Shown here piece after piece: positions 32,247 through 40,288 of a stretch of 47,396 nucleotides of DNA; within the stretch, counting starts at the first letter, position 1; every line of letters starts with the position of its first letter. Source of the DNA: Pseudonocardiales bacterium. Lineage in GTDB: Bacteria > Actinomycetota > Actinomycetes > Mycobacteriales > Jatrophihabitantaceae. Position numbers and translations under genes: made by a program. Under the pieces are notes generated by a model. The model ran no database searches and was not told the origin of the DNA. It saw nothing but the letters and a program-made list of their open reading frames with translations. Where the stretch lies: NCBI GenBank assembly GCA_043746395.1, contig JAYTRE010000305.1:1-47396 (forward strand), given 5' to 3'.

Positions 32247-33304
32247 CGCTGGTGACAATCGCGTTCGCGCTTGTCACCAGCGGGTGCACGGCGGTCACCG
32301 CACCGCCATCACCGTCTGTGCCCCGTAGCCAGACCGCGTCGGAAGCGCTCCCGAGTTCCACTGTGAGCGCCACGCAGGCCACGCAGGCCACGCCTGGCCA
32401 GGGGTGTCCCTCCGGTGCTGGCACGACGGTGCGGTCCGCCGCGCAGCTGCAGCATGCGCTGGCGGACGCGACTGCCGGGTCACTGATCGAACTCGCACCC
32501 GCAACATATGTCGGGCACTTCGTCGCGCATGGTGCGGGCACGCAAGCGAACCCAATAACGCTATGCGGCCCGCGCTCGGCAATTCTTGACGGAGGGAGCA
32601 TCGTGAGCGGATATGTGCTGCACCTCGATCACGCGCAGTGGTGGCACGTTGTCGGATTCACCGTCCAGGACGGCCAGAAGGGCGTGGTCTTGGACAAATC
32701 CGATCACAACCAGGTCAGCGATCTTCGCGTCACGCATATCGGGGACGAGGGTATTCATCTGCGTGACTTCAGCGATGACAACGTCGTCGACGGCAACGTG
32801 GTCTCCGGTACGGGCAACCTGCGGACAAAGTTCGGCGAAGGCATCTACGTCGGCACTGCGCACAAGAACTGGTGCAGCATCACCGCCTGCCAGGTGGATG
32901 CCAGCGATCGGAACGTGATCCGCAACAACATCATCTCCATGACGACGGCAGAGAATATCGACATCAAGGAGGGCACCTCATCGGGAGTTATCGAGGGTAA
33001 CCAACTTTCTGGGGTGGGCATGGTTTCCAGCGCGGCGAAGGCCTGGGTCAACGTCAAGGGCAACCATTGGACTATCAGCCATAACCACGGCGTCGACAGC
33101 ATCAAGGACGGGTTCCAGGTCCACCAAGTTTATCCAGGGTGGGGCCTGGACAACGTGTTCACCGACAACACCGCGGACGTCGGCGCGGCGGGCTGGGGGT
33201 ACTACGTCCAGCGCAAGTCTCTCGACGCGGTTATCGGATGTTCCAACACCGCAACGGGAGCCGGGGCGGGCGTAGCGAACGTGTCGTGCGCAACCGGGTT
33301 CTGA
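32219..33304 (+). CDS. Beta-helix lipoprotein (pectate-lyase-fold; candidate polysaccharide lyase/hydrolase/epimerase)
   Basis: GTG start overlaps the preceding gene by 28 nt. The signal and lipobox are RRRAPVALVTIAFALVTSGC. Beta-helix coils include GDEGIHLRDFSDDNVVDGNVVSG, GEGIYVGT and ENIDIKEGTSSGVIEGNQLSG. Confidence 0.75.
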   Translation: MAPRRRAPVALVTIAFALVTSGCTAVTAPPSPSVPRSQTASEALPSSTVSATQATQATPGQGCPSGAGTTVRSAAQLQHALADATAGSLIELAPATYVGHFVAHGAGTQANPITLCGPRSAILDGGSIVSGYVLHLDHAQWWHVVGFTVQDGQKGVVLDKSDHNQVSDLRVTHIGDEGIHLRDFSDDNVVDGNVVSGTGNLRTKFGEGIYVGTAHKNWCSITACQVDASDRNVIRNNIISMTTAENIDIKEGTSSGVIEGNQLSGVGMVSSAAKAWVNVKGNHWTISHNHGVDSIKDGFQVHQVYPGWGLDNVFTDNTADVGAAGWGYYVQRKSLDAVIGCSNTATGAGAGVANVSCATGF

Positions 33305-33412
33305 GCCTCTGCGGGTTCTGCGCCTGGTTGACGCGGCGAGCAGCTCACATGCCGCGGAGCAGGTAGCCAGCCAACGGGTCGCCTGCCCGCAATCATCACA
33401 TCGGGGGAAACC

Positions 33413-34762
33413 ATGAACAGCATCACGCATCACGCACCACGTATCACCGTCATCGGTACCGGCTACCTTGGCGCGACCCACGCCGTTTGTATGGCCGACC
33501 TGGGCTACCACGTGCTCGCGGTGGACACCGACGCGAACAAGATCCGCCGGCTCGGCGAAGGTGACACGCCGTTCTTCGAACCGGGCCTGCAGCCGCTGCT
33601 GCGCAAGCAGCTCGAATCCGGCCGGCTCCGGTTCACAACCGACTACGCCGAGGTCGCCGAGTTCGGCGACGTCCACTTCCTGTGCGTCGGCACACCGCAA
33701 GTCTCGGGCGGCACCGCCGCGGACCTTCGCTACGTCCACGAGGCGACCGCCACGCTGTTCCCGCTCCTGGACCGCAGCTGCCTGGTGGTCGGCAAGTCCA
33801 CCGTGCCGACAGGAACCGCGCGCCAACTCGCCGACAAGCTTGTCGAGCTTGCCCCGGCAGGTCGCGATCGCACGGCGCCGCCGCGGCTGGCGTGGAACCC
33901 GGAGTTCCTGCGGGAGGGCTACGCGGTAGCCGACAGTCTGCACCCAGACCGGATCGTCATCGGCGTCGAGCACGAATGGTCCGGCGTGCAGCTCCGGGCG
34001 CTCTACCGGCCCATCATCTCCGAGAGCACCCCGGTTCTGGTGACCGACCTCGCCACGGCCGAACTCGTCAAGGTAGCGGCGAACGCCTTCCTCGCGACAA
34101 AGATCTCCTTCATCAACGCCATGGCCGAGATTTGCGAGGCCGTGGGGGCGGATGTAAACACGCTCAGCGATGCCCTCGGCCACGACGAACGCATCGGGCG
34201 GCGCTTCCTGTCCGCCGGCCTCGGCTTCGGCGGCGGTTGCCTGCCCAAGGATATCCGGGCGTTCCGGGCCCGCGCCGAAGAGCTCGGCATTGGGGAGTCT
34301 CTCAAGCTCCTCGAGCAGGTCGACGCGATCAATTTGCGGTGCCGGGACCGCACTGTCGAGGCGGCGCGCCAGGCCTGCGGCGGGGAATTCACCGGGCGCC
34401 GCGTCGCCGTGCTCGGCTGCGCGTTCAAACCGGACAGTGACGATGTCCGGGATTCCCCGGCGCTGGATGTCGCCCGGCGGATCGAGGCCGCAGGAGCCGA
34501 GCTTCGGGTGCACGACCCGGTGGCCACCGAAAGCGCTGCACGGGCGCACCCGGAACTGACGTACTCGACGAGCATCGTCGACGCGCTGAGAGGCGCTGAT
34601 GTGGTGCTGCACCTCACCGAGTGGGCGGAGTACCGCACACTCGACCCTGTTCAGCTGGCCGGCGTGGTTAACCAGCCGCAACTCGTGGACGCCCGTAACG
34701 CACTCGACGCGGTAGCCTGGCGGTCTGCGGGCTGGCACGTGCGGCAGCTGGGACGGCCGTGA
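33413..34762 (+). CDS. ugd: UDP-glucose 6-dehydrogenase
   Basis: 449 aa. Rossmann motif ITVIGTGYLGATHAVCMADLG and catalytic-Cys motif GLGFGGGCLPKDIRAF. C-terminal UDP-binding domain contains AFKPDSDDVRDSPA. Confidence 0.92.
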   Translation: MNSITHHAPRITVIGTGYLGATHAVCMADLGYHVLAVDTDANKIRRLGEGDTPFFEPGLQPLLRKQLESGRLRFTTDYAEVAEFGDVHFLCVGTPQVSGGTAADLRYVHEATATLFPLLDRSCLVVGKSTVPTGTARQLADKLVELAPAGRDRTAPPRLAWNPEFLREGYAVADSLHPDRIVIGVEHEWSGVQLRALYRPIISESTPVLVTDLATAELVKVAANAFLATKISFINAMAEICEAVGADVNTLSDALGHDERIGRRFLSAGLGFGGGCLPKDIRAFRARAEELGIGESLKLLEQVDAINLRCRDRTVEAARQACGGEFTGRRVAVLGCAFKPDSDDVRDSPALDVARRIEAAGAELRVHDPVATESAARAHPELTYSTSIVDALRGADVVLHLTEWAEYRTLDPVQLAGVVNQPQLVDARNALDAVAWRSAGWHVRQLGRP

Positions 34763-35364
34763 GCTGGGGCCGGCCGCGCCCGCAGGAGCGACCGCAGCGG
34801 ATCGCGATCGCCGCATCGCTGGGCCTGATCGCCTTTCTGAGCGCTGGATGCGGCACGCGGCCCGCAGATCCCTCCGCCCCTTACTTCCCGACGAGTTCCG
34901 CGGCAGGTGCGACCGTCTTGAGCAAGGGGTTGTCCGCGACGGATCCGTTGTCGGGTGCCGGGATCCAGGTGGCCAAGGGCGCCATCTCGCGACCCAACCC
35001 CAAGCTGACACCAGGGCAGATCAGCCAGACCGACACGCACGCGGTCTGCTCCTCACCGTTACGCACCAAGATGAACATCCCGTACCCGGAGCAACAGGCG
35101 GTCTTCGCCCGCTACAGCATCCCCGTGAGCCAGCAACGGCATTATTCGATGGACTACCTGGTGCCGATCGATATCGGAGGCGGAACATCGCTGAGCAACC
35201 TCTGGCCAGCGGCCGTTAAGGGCAACGGCTTCCATGAGAAGGAGCAGATCAATCACCAGCTGCGGGTCCTGGTCTGCCGTGGGACGCTCACCCTCGCCGC
35301 GGCACAGCAGGGCATTATCAGAGATTGGTTCGCAATGTGGACCTCGTACTCGACCGCACGGTGA
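34759..35364 (+). CDS. HNH-nuclease-like lipoprotein with Tyr in place of the DH histidine
   Basis: GTGA overlap with the ugd stop. Lipobox is LIAFLSAGC. The architecture is TPG...VC...(MDYLVPIDIGGGTSLSNLWP)...EKEQINHQLRVLVCRG...AQQGIIRDW. This matches the secreted actinobacterial HNH family, which normally reads DH-L-LGG...NLWP. Confidence 0.6.
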   Translation: MSWGRPRPQERPQRIAIAASLGLIAFLSAGCGTRPADPSAPYFPTSSAAGATVLSKGLSATDPLSGAGIQVAKGAISRPNPKLTPGQISQTDTHAVCSSPLRTKMNIPYPEQQAVFARYSIPVSQQRHYSMDYLVPIDIGGGTSLSNLWPAAVKGNGFHEKEQINHQLRVLVCRGTLTLAAAQQGIIRDWFAMWTSYSTAR

Positions 35365-35365
35365 T

Positions 35366-35683
35366 TCAGAACCGCTGATTCGCACGGCGGCGGCCGTCAA
35401 GGTCGGCTCGCCGGTTGCAGCGCAGGGCGTACGCCGCGAGCCGTTCCAGCTCATGCGCAAAGGTCAGGGCGAGTTCCGGTGTCAGGTACACGTCCTCAGA
35501 GTCGCCGCGTGCCTCGATGTGAATGAACTGCCGACCCAGGTCGGACAGGTCCGCGACGAGTCGGGCGGAGGCGGTGTAGGGGGAGTCGAGTTGGCGACCA
35601 CCCGACTGGGTCAGCCCAGCGGGCCTGACCCAGCTCGTCACCGCGGACACCGAGTCGCCGCTGATATCCGCGCCGCCGCCCAT
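35366..35683 (-). CDS. Hypothetical 105-aa protein, tightly coupled downstream of the lyase gene
   Basis: Its ATG lies 3 nt after the lyase stop on the same strand. I recognised no family. It is acidic and helical-looking (DVYLTPELALTFAHELERLAAYA). Confidence 0.4.
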   Translation of the reverse strand: MGGGADISGDSVSAVTSWVRPAGLTQSGGRQLDSPYTASARLVADLSDLGRQFIHIEARGDSEDVYLTPELALTFAHELERLAAYALRCNRRADLDGRRRANQRF

Positions 35684-35686
35684 CGC

Positions 35687-36850
35687 TCAGCTGACCCGGA
35701 AGCCGGTGAAGTCCATATGCTGGTCGACCGGCGACGCCCACGAGGGGCCGTGACCGCCGAAAAACGTCGAGAAGAACAGCCCGTTGATCGGGACGCCGGC
35801 AGTCGTGATGGCCAGACCCGTCTGGTCAATCACGGTGGAACCGTCATAGGCGAGGCTGATCCATCCATCGCTGTGGCCCGGGCTATTCAGGTGCACGTGC
35901 TCGGTCACGGTGTGCCACCGCCCATCGGCTTTCCACACGAAGTTGCCACGCCCCCACGAGTCTCCGTAGCCAGACGAGGTAGAGATGTAACCATAAATTT
36001 CACCACGGCCACCGCTTCGCCACATGAGGCGCGCCGACCATCCTGCCGAATTGTGCCGGCCGCCCGAGAAGGGCTCAGTCCCACCGTAAAGACCGGGCAT
36101 CTTGCCGCCCCGCACGAACTGGAAGCCGACGGGAATCCGGACCTCGTAGGTCAGGGTGGCATCAGTCCTCGGCCCGGACGCGAAGGGAGCGCACACTTGG
36201 GCGCCGCCGTATGGCGCGCCCGCAGACGGCGCTGAGGAGCCGCGCGGGTAGCTCACCGACACGAAGCCAGCGTTTACCGAGACGTTCTGGTTCTTGAAGG
36301 TACAGAAGGTGTGCGCGGAGAACGACGTCCCGAGCAACGTCCGGATCCATGCGGAGTTCATCGTCGCAGTGTTTCCGCCGGGTGGCGTCGGCGATCTCGG
36401 TGACTTCCGTGGCGGCGGGCTGGAAGTGTGCCTTTTCGCGCGCCGTTCGAGCAGATCCTTCCGCCGTTCGAGCAGATCCTTCCGCCGTTCGAGCAGATCC
36501 TTCCGCCGTTCCAGCAGGTCGCGCTGCTGGTCTTGCACAGCGCGCTGCCGATCGCGCAGGGAGCGCAACTGGTTGCGCAGGGCGCGCCGCTGCTGGTCGC
36601 GCAGGACACGCTGCAGATCGCGAGCGCGCCGGTCAGAGTGGGCAAACTTGTGCGAAGCAACCGCCGCGGAAGCCGGCGGCGTGGCACCGCTGAAGGTTGT
36701 GACCAGCACCGCCAGCACAATCGCGAAGCGCACCGCGGGTCGCTTCGGGGCCCTAGGGTCGCACAGTCGCGAATCCCCCATGGTTCGGCGAGAATGTAGC
36801 CACTTCTGACAGCGCATGGCGATCGATCTCCGGCTCGTGGTCGCATCCAC
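35687..36850 (-). CDS. Secreted PL14-like polysaccharide lyase with N-terminal Arg/Gln/Leu-rich coiled-coil repeat region
   Basis: The signal peptide is KRPAVRFAIVLAVLVTTFSGATPPASAAVAS; the start may be Met24 at 36781. A coiled-coil segment follows (RDLQRVLRDQQRRALRNQLRSLRDRQRAVQDQQRDLLERRKDLLERRKDLLERRKDLLERR). The C-terminal jelly-roll domain carries GGKMPGLYGG...SARLMWRSGGRGEIYGYI. Confidence 0.7.
   Translation of the reverse strand: MDATTSRRSIAMRCQKWLHSRRTMGDSRLCDPRAPKRPAVRFAIVLAVLVTTFSGATPPASAAVASHKFAHSDRRARDLQRVLRDQQRRALRNQLRSLRDRQRAVQDQQRDLLERRKDLLERRKDLLERRKDLLERRAKRHTSSPPPRKSPRSPTPPGGNTATMNSAWIRTLLGTSFSAHTFCTFKNQNVSVNAGFVSVSYPRGSSAPSAGAPYGGAQVCAPFASGPRTDATLTYEVRIPVGFQFVRGGKMPGLYGGTEPFSGGRHNSAGWSARLMWRSGGRGEIYGYISTSSGYGDSWGRGNFVWKADGRWHTVTEHVHLNSPGHSDGWISLAYDGSTVIDQTGLAITTAGVPINGLFFSTFFGGHGPSWASPVDQHMDFTGFRVS
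36442..36504. repeat. Perfect 21-nt tandem repeat x3 (GCCGTTCGAGCAGATCCTTCC) plus a degenerate 4th copy, in-frame in the lyase gene
   Basis: Counted base by base: copies at 36442-36462, 36463-36483 and 36484-36504. They encode the heptad (RRKDLLE)n on the minus strand. Confidence 0.95.
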
Positions 36851-36980
36851 TCTGCGACTTCACCACCCTTCATCGGCCCTGGATCTGGAAAGCTGAGGAA
36901 TTTCGTGCGCGCAGTTCGCCAGCCCCCGTCTCCCTGGTCTGCTTGCCACGATGCAGGCGCGGGTGGGTGCCCGACGGCAT

Positions 36981-37014
36981 ACGTGCTGCGACTGGCTACG
37001 TGCTGCGACTGGCT
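36981..37014. repeat. 17-nt tandem duplication ACGTGCTGCGACTGGCT x2 (plus partial third ACGTGTTGCC)
   Basis: Copies at 36981-36997 and 36998-37014, read directly. The length is not a multiple of 3. Its reverse complement contains TAG, and two minus-strand ORFs terminate inside it. Confidence 0.9.
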
Positions 37015-37708
37015 ACGTGTTGCCAGCCCACCGAGTTCCGCCGCCGCAGGTAGCAGCCGCGCACCGGCCACGGTCGCGAAGACGGTCGTTGCGGAACGTC
37101 AGGCCATCGACTTGCCACGCGTAGCAGCCTGGGGACTGACCCAGGTCCCTCCAGTGGGCTCCCCACAGCCGTCGACGCCGTTCTGCGGCCCGGCTGCCAC
37201 CATGAGCGGGCCGGTCGTGGGACCTCACCCAGCCCGACCGGGCCTGCGCCGTCCAGACGCTGGATGCGGATGACAAACGGACCCTGATAGGCGGGAACAC
37301 TGAACCAGAGGGTCTTGAACCCGAGGCATGGAGGCGCGGAGGAGTGGGTGAGGAGATCGGCGATTCGGTGCATCAGATCGCCTGGCGCCGCGATGCTTGA
37401 TCGTACCGGTCCCTGTCCCAGTGCGACGCGCTGAATGCACTGGTCCGTATCGGCTGACCGGACGAAGTGGGACACGCCTCACCCGGCCGCAGCACCGGAA
37501 GGTGAAGCGGGCGCTCGAGACCGGCGGGCAGCGATCCGCCCGTCGTCGCGCCGGTCGAGGTTGCTGACGTTGATGCTGCGGAGCTACCTGGTGTCCTCGT
37601 CGCGGGTGCGGACGCCCGCTGCTTCGGTGATCCGGCGGTGCAGCCCGCCCCCACAAGCCGGGTGAGGACCGTGATCAGGCCGAGAGGTACAGCATGACCT
37701 CGGACCAT
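36996..37708 (-). pseudogene. Frameshifted lipoprotein gene (at least two frame changes)
   Basis: A GGAGG lies 7 nt before the ATG at 37708. The lipobox is LTRLVGAGC. Protein-like sequence moves from frame A (...PGEACPTSSGQPIRTSAF) to frame B (VALGQGPVR...GFKTLWFSVPAYQGPFVIRIQRLDGAGPVGLGE). It then moves to frame C (HWRDLGQSPGCYAWQVDGLTF), and the ORFs end in the 17-nt duplication. Confidence 0.45.
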
Positions 37709-37769
37709 TGGTGCACCTCCCTTCGGCCGAGGGGGCGCAAAGTTTCGATAGCGGCGTGAAACTAGAGCG

Positions 37770-39335
37770 TCAGCGACGCAGCAGATCCGAAGCCTTCTCG
37801 GCGATCATCACCGTGGGTGCGTGGGTGTGGCCACGGATGATCTGCGGCATCACCGAGGCATCGACGACGCGCAGGCCGGCAACGCCACGCACCCGCAGCT
37901 GCTCGTCCACCACCGATGCCTCGTCGGTGCCCATCCGGCAGGTGCCGGTGGGGTGGTAGAGCGTCTCGGCGTTGGCCCGGATGTATTCGGCCAGGTCGGC
38001 TTCGCCCGTCGCCGGCATCATTTGCTCCGTCACCAGGCCACGCAGCGCGCTCGTCGCGAACATCCGCTGGGCCTGCTCGACCCCGGCGACCAGCCGCCGT
38101 AGGTCTGCGGGCTCGTGCAGGTAGCCGGCGTCGATCACCGGCGCCACCGACGCATCCGGCGAACGGGCGGTGATCGTGCCCGTGCTGTCCGGCTGCAGCA
38201 GCACCACTCCGATCGTGATCCCGTGCCCGGGCGGCTCGACCTCGCCGTGCTTGATGAACGGCCCCGGGGCGAAGATGTACTCGAGATCCGGGTGCTCCAG
38301 GCCCGGGTCGGAGCGCCCGAAAGCGACCCCCTCCCCAACGTTGGACGTGAGCATGCCGCGCCGCCGGGTGAGGAACTTCAGCAGCTGCACCGGCTTGTCG
38401 GCGTCCACGAGGGTGACTGCATCCCGGGTAAACATGATCACAGGAACGGAGAGGTGATCCTGCAGCCGCTTGCCAACCCCGGTGTTGGCGACCTGGGTCT
38501 GAATCCCGGCACTGCGCAACATCTCGGGATCGCCGATCCCGGAGAGCTGCAGCAGGTGCGGTGAGTGCACAGCACCCGCGCTGAGGATCACCTCGCGCCG
38601 GGCGGCCAGGGTGAGCCGACTGCCGTTGGCCAGCCGCACGTCAACTCCCGTCGCTCGCCCGTCGTCGAGCACGATCCGGTGAGTCATCGCGTTCACGTGC
38701 AGCGTCAGGTTCGCGCGCTTGAGTGCCGGGCGCAGGTAGCCGTCGGCGGCACTCCAGCGCCGGCCCCTGCGCTGGGTCACCGGCGTGGGAGCGTATCCGT
38801 CGATGTCGGGATCGTTGAGCTCCCCAAGCCGGGTCAGACCCTCCTGCCCGCAGGCCTCGAAGAAGGCCGCCCGCAGCGGGTTCGGGTCGCGCAACTCCTC
38901 GATGTATAGCGGGCCGCCAACGCCATAGACGTTCCCGGCATTGCTGCCGATCCGGTTTTCGGAACGCCGGAAGTAGGGCAGCACGTCGGCGAACGACCAA
39001 CCGGGAACCGCCTCGCCCCAGCCGTCGTAGTCCGCCCGGGCCCCGCGCACCCACATCTGCGCGTTGAGTGAGGAAGACCCGCCCAGCGTCTTGCCGCGCG
39101 GCCAGAACAGTTCGCGCGCCTTCAGCTCGGGCTGCGCGGTCGTCGACAGATCCCAGTCGTACTTGGTGTGGAACAGCTTCGGGAACGCCGCCGGGAGCTT
39201 GATCTCCAACTTGCGATCGCGCGGTCCCGCCTCGACAAGCGCGACCGTGACTCCCGGATCGGAACTGAGCCGATTGGCCAGCACGCAGCCGGCCGAGCCG
39301 GCCCCGACGATCACATAGTCGAATACATCCGTCAT
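37770..39335 (-). CDS. GMC-family FAD oxidoreductase (choline/alcohol/sugar dehydrogenase-like)
   Basis: 521 aa, FDYVIVGAGSAGCVLANRLS, GKTLGGSSSLNAQMW, C-terminal YHPTGTCRMG and active-site His region. Confidence 0.9.
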   Translation of the reverse strand: MTDVFDYVIVGAGSAGCVLANRLSSDPGVTVALVEAGPRDRKLEIKLPAAFPKLFHTKYDWDLSTTAQPELKARELFWPRGKTLGGSSSLNAQMWVRGARADYDGWGEAVPGWSFADVLPYFRRSENRIGSNAGNVYGVGGPLYIEELRDPNPLRAAFFEACGQEGLTRLGELNDPDIDGYAPTPVTQRRGRRWSAADGYLRPALKRANLTLHVNAMTHRIVLDDGRATGVDVRLANGSRLTLAARREVILSAGAVHSPHLLQLSGIGDPEMLRSAGIQTQVANTGVGKRLQDHLSVPVIMFTRDAVTLVDADKPVQLLKFLTRRRGMLTSNVGEGVAFGRSDPGLEHPDLEYIFAPGPFIKHGEVEPPGHGITIGVVLLQPDSTGTITARSPDASVAPVIDAGYLHEPADLRRLVAGVEQAQRMFATSALRGLVTEQMMPATGEADLAEYIRANAETLYHPTGTCRMGTDEASVVDEQLRVRGVAGLRVVDASVMPQIIRGHTHAPTVMIAEKASDLLRR

Positions 39336-39538
39336 GGTGACCTCCGGTACCGCGCAGAGCCGGACCGTACCCCGCGCGAGCGCACCGCCGGTAGCTCAGG
39401 CGGGCGATCGTCTCGCGGACGTCCGTCGTCTGGATGTCGAGCCCGCCGAGACGGGTGTCACGCTCGGCACGTGGGCCTGTGAGAGGTGTTAGCCGAGCTG
39501 GGTTCGCCCAGCCGGCACCGCGACAATGGTCGGTAGTC

Positions 39539-40288
39539 ATGACATCGTCTCGCAGCCCGAAACCCCGTCCTGAGCACGACCCTGCCCACCGGGTGCGCCT
39601 GCAACTGTCGGCCACCCAACTGATCGCCAGCGCACTGGCCGCCGTGACCGCCACGATCGCGGCGTCCTACCTCGGCGTCAGCGGCACCGTGATTGGCGCA
39701 GCCATCGCCAGTGTCGTGACCGTGACCGGCAACGCCGTGTACAGCCACTCCATCCACCGCACCGGCCAACGAGTGCGCACCGCCGTGCCGATCGGCGCCC
39801 GGCGGGCCGCAGCCGCCGGCCCGCGACCCGGCAGCCCGGGCCCCGCTGCGGGCCCCGCCAGCCCGCCGGGAGTTCAGTCGCCCGCCCCCCGACGGCCCGG
39901 GCCACCCGGCTGGTACCGCCTCGCCCTGGCCACCGCAGCGGTCTTCGTGGCGCTGCTCGCCCTGGTCACCACTGTCGAACTCGCCGCCGGACGGCCGTTG
40001 AGCGATGTCCTGCGAGGACGTCAGGCCCAGGGCACCACCCTGCTCGGGAACCCGGGCCCGCACCCGGTGATCCCAGTGCCGACGGTGACCCGGACGGTCG
40101 TGCCGAAGGTCGTGGTCACCACGCCCACGGTCATCGAGACCGCCCCGGCCGTCACCGCCACGGCCACGCCCACCGCTACGGCCACGCCGACGGTCGGCCC
40201 GTCCGTGTCGCCGACCAGCTCGGCGTCGCCGTCAGCGGCGCCCACCGGATCCGCCTCACCCACTCCGTCGGCAACGCCGACGCCCTGA
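39539..40288 (+). CDS. Hypothetical membrane protein with Pro/Thr/Ala/Ser-rich C-terminal region
   Basis: ATG at 39539, 249 aa. Two hydrophobic helices (LIASALAAVTATIAASYLGVSG..., LALATAAVFVALLALVTTV) are followed by ATATPTATATPTVGPSVSPTSSASPSAAPTGSASPTPSATPTP. Confidence 0.55.
   Translation: MTSSRSPKPRPEHDPAHRVRLQLSATQLIASALAAVTATIAASYLGVSGTVIGAAIASVVTVTGNAVYSHSIHRTGQRVRTAVPIGARRAAAAGPRPGSPGPAAGPASPPGVQSPAPRRPGPPGWYRLALATAAVFVALLALVTTVELAAGRPLSDVLRGRQAQGTTLLGNPGPHPVIPVPTVTRTVVPKVVVTTPTVIETAPAVTATATPTATATPTVGPSVSPTSSASPSAAPTGSASPTPSATPTP

Noticed and set aside
32978-35011. 677-aa minus-strand ORF antisense to the beta-helix lipoprotein, ugd and HNH-like genes
   Set aside because: The plus-strand genes have clear family motifs (for example GFGGGCLPKD in ugd). 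The minus-strand translation has none and is Arg/Gly/Pro-rich.
35234-36235. 333-aa plus-strand ORF overlapping the lyase and the small ORF
   Set aside because: It is antisense to the PL14-like domain, whose motifs are convincing on the minus strand. The plus-strand product is low complexity.
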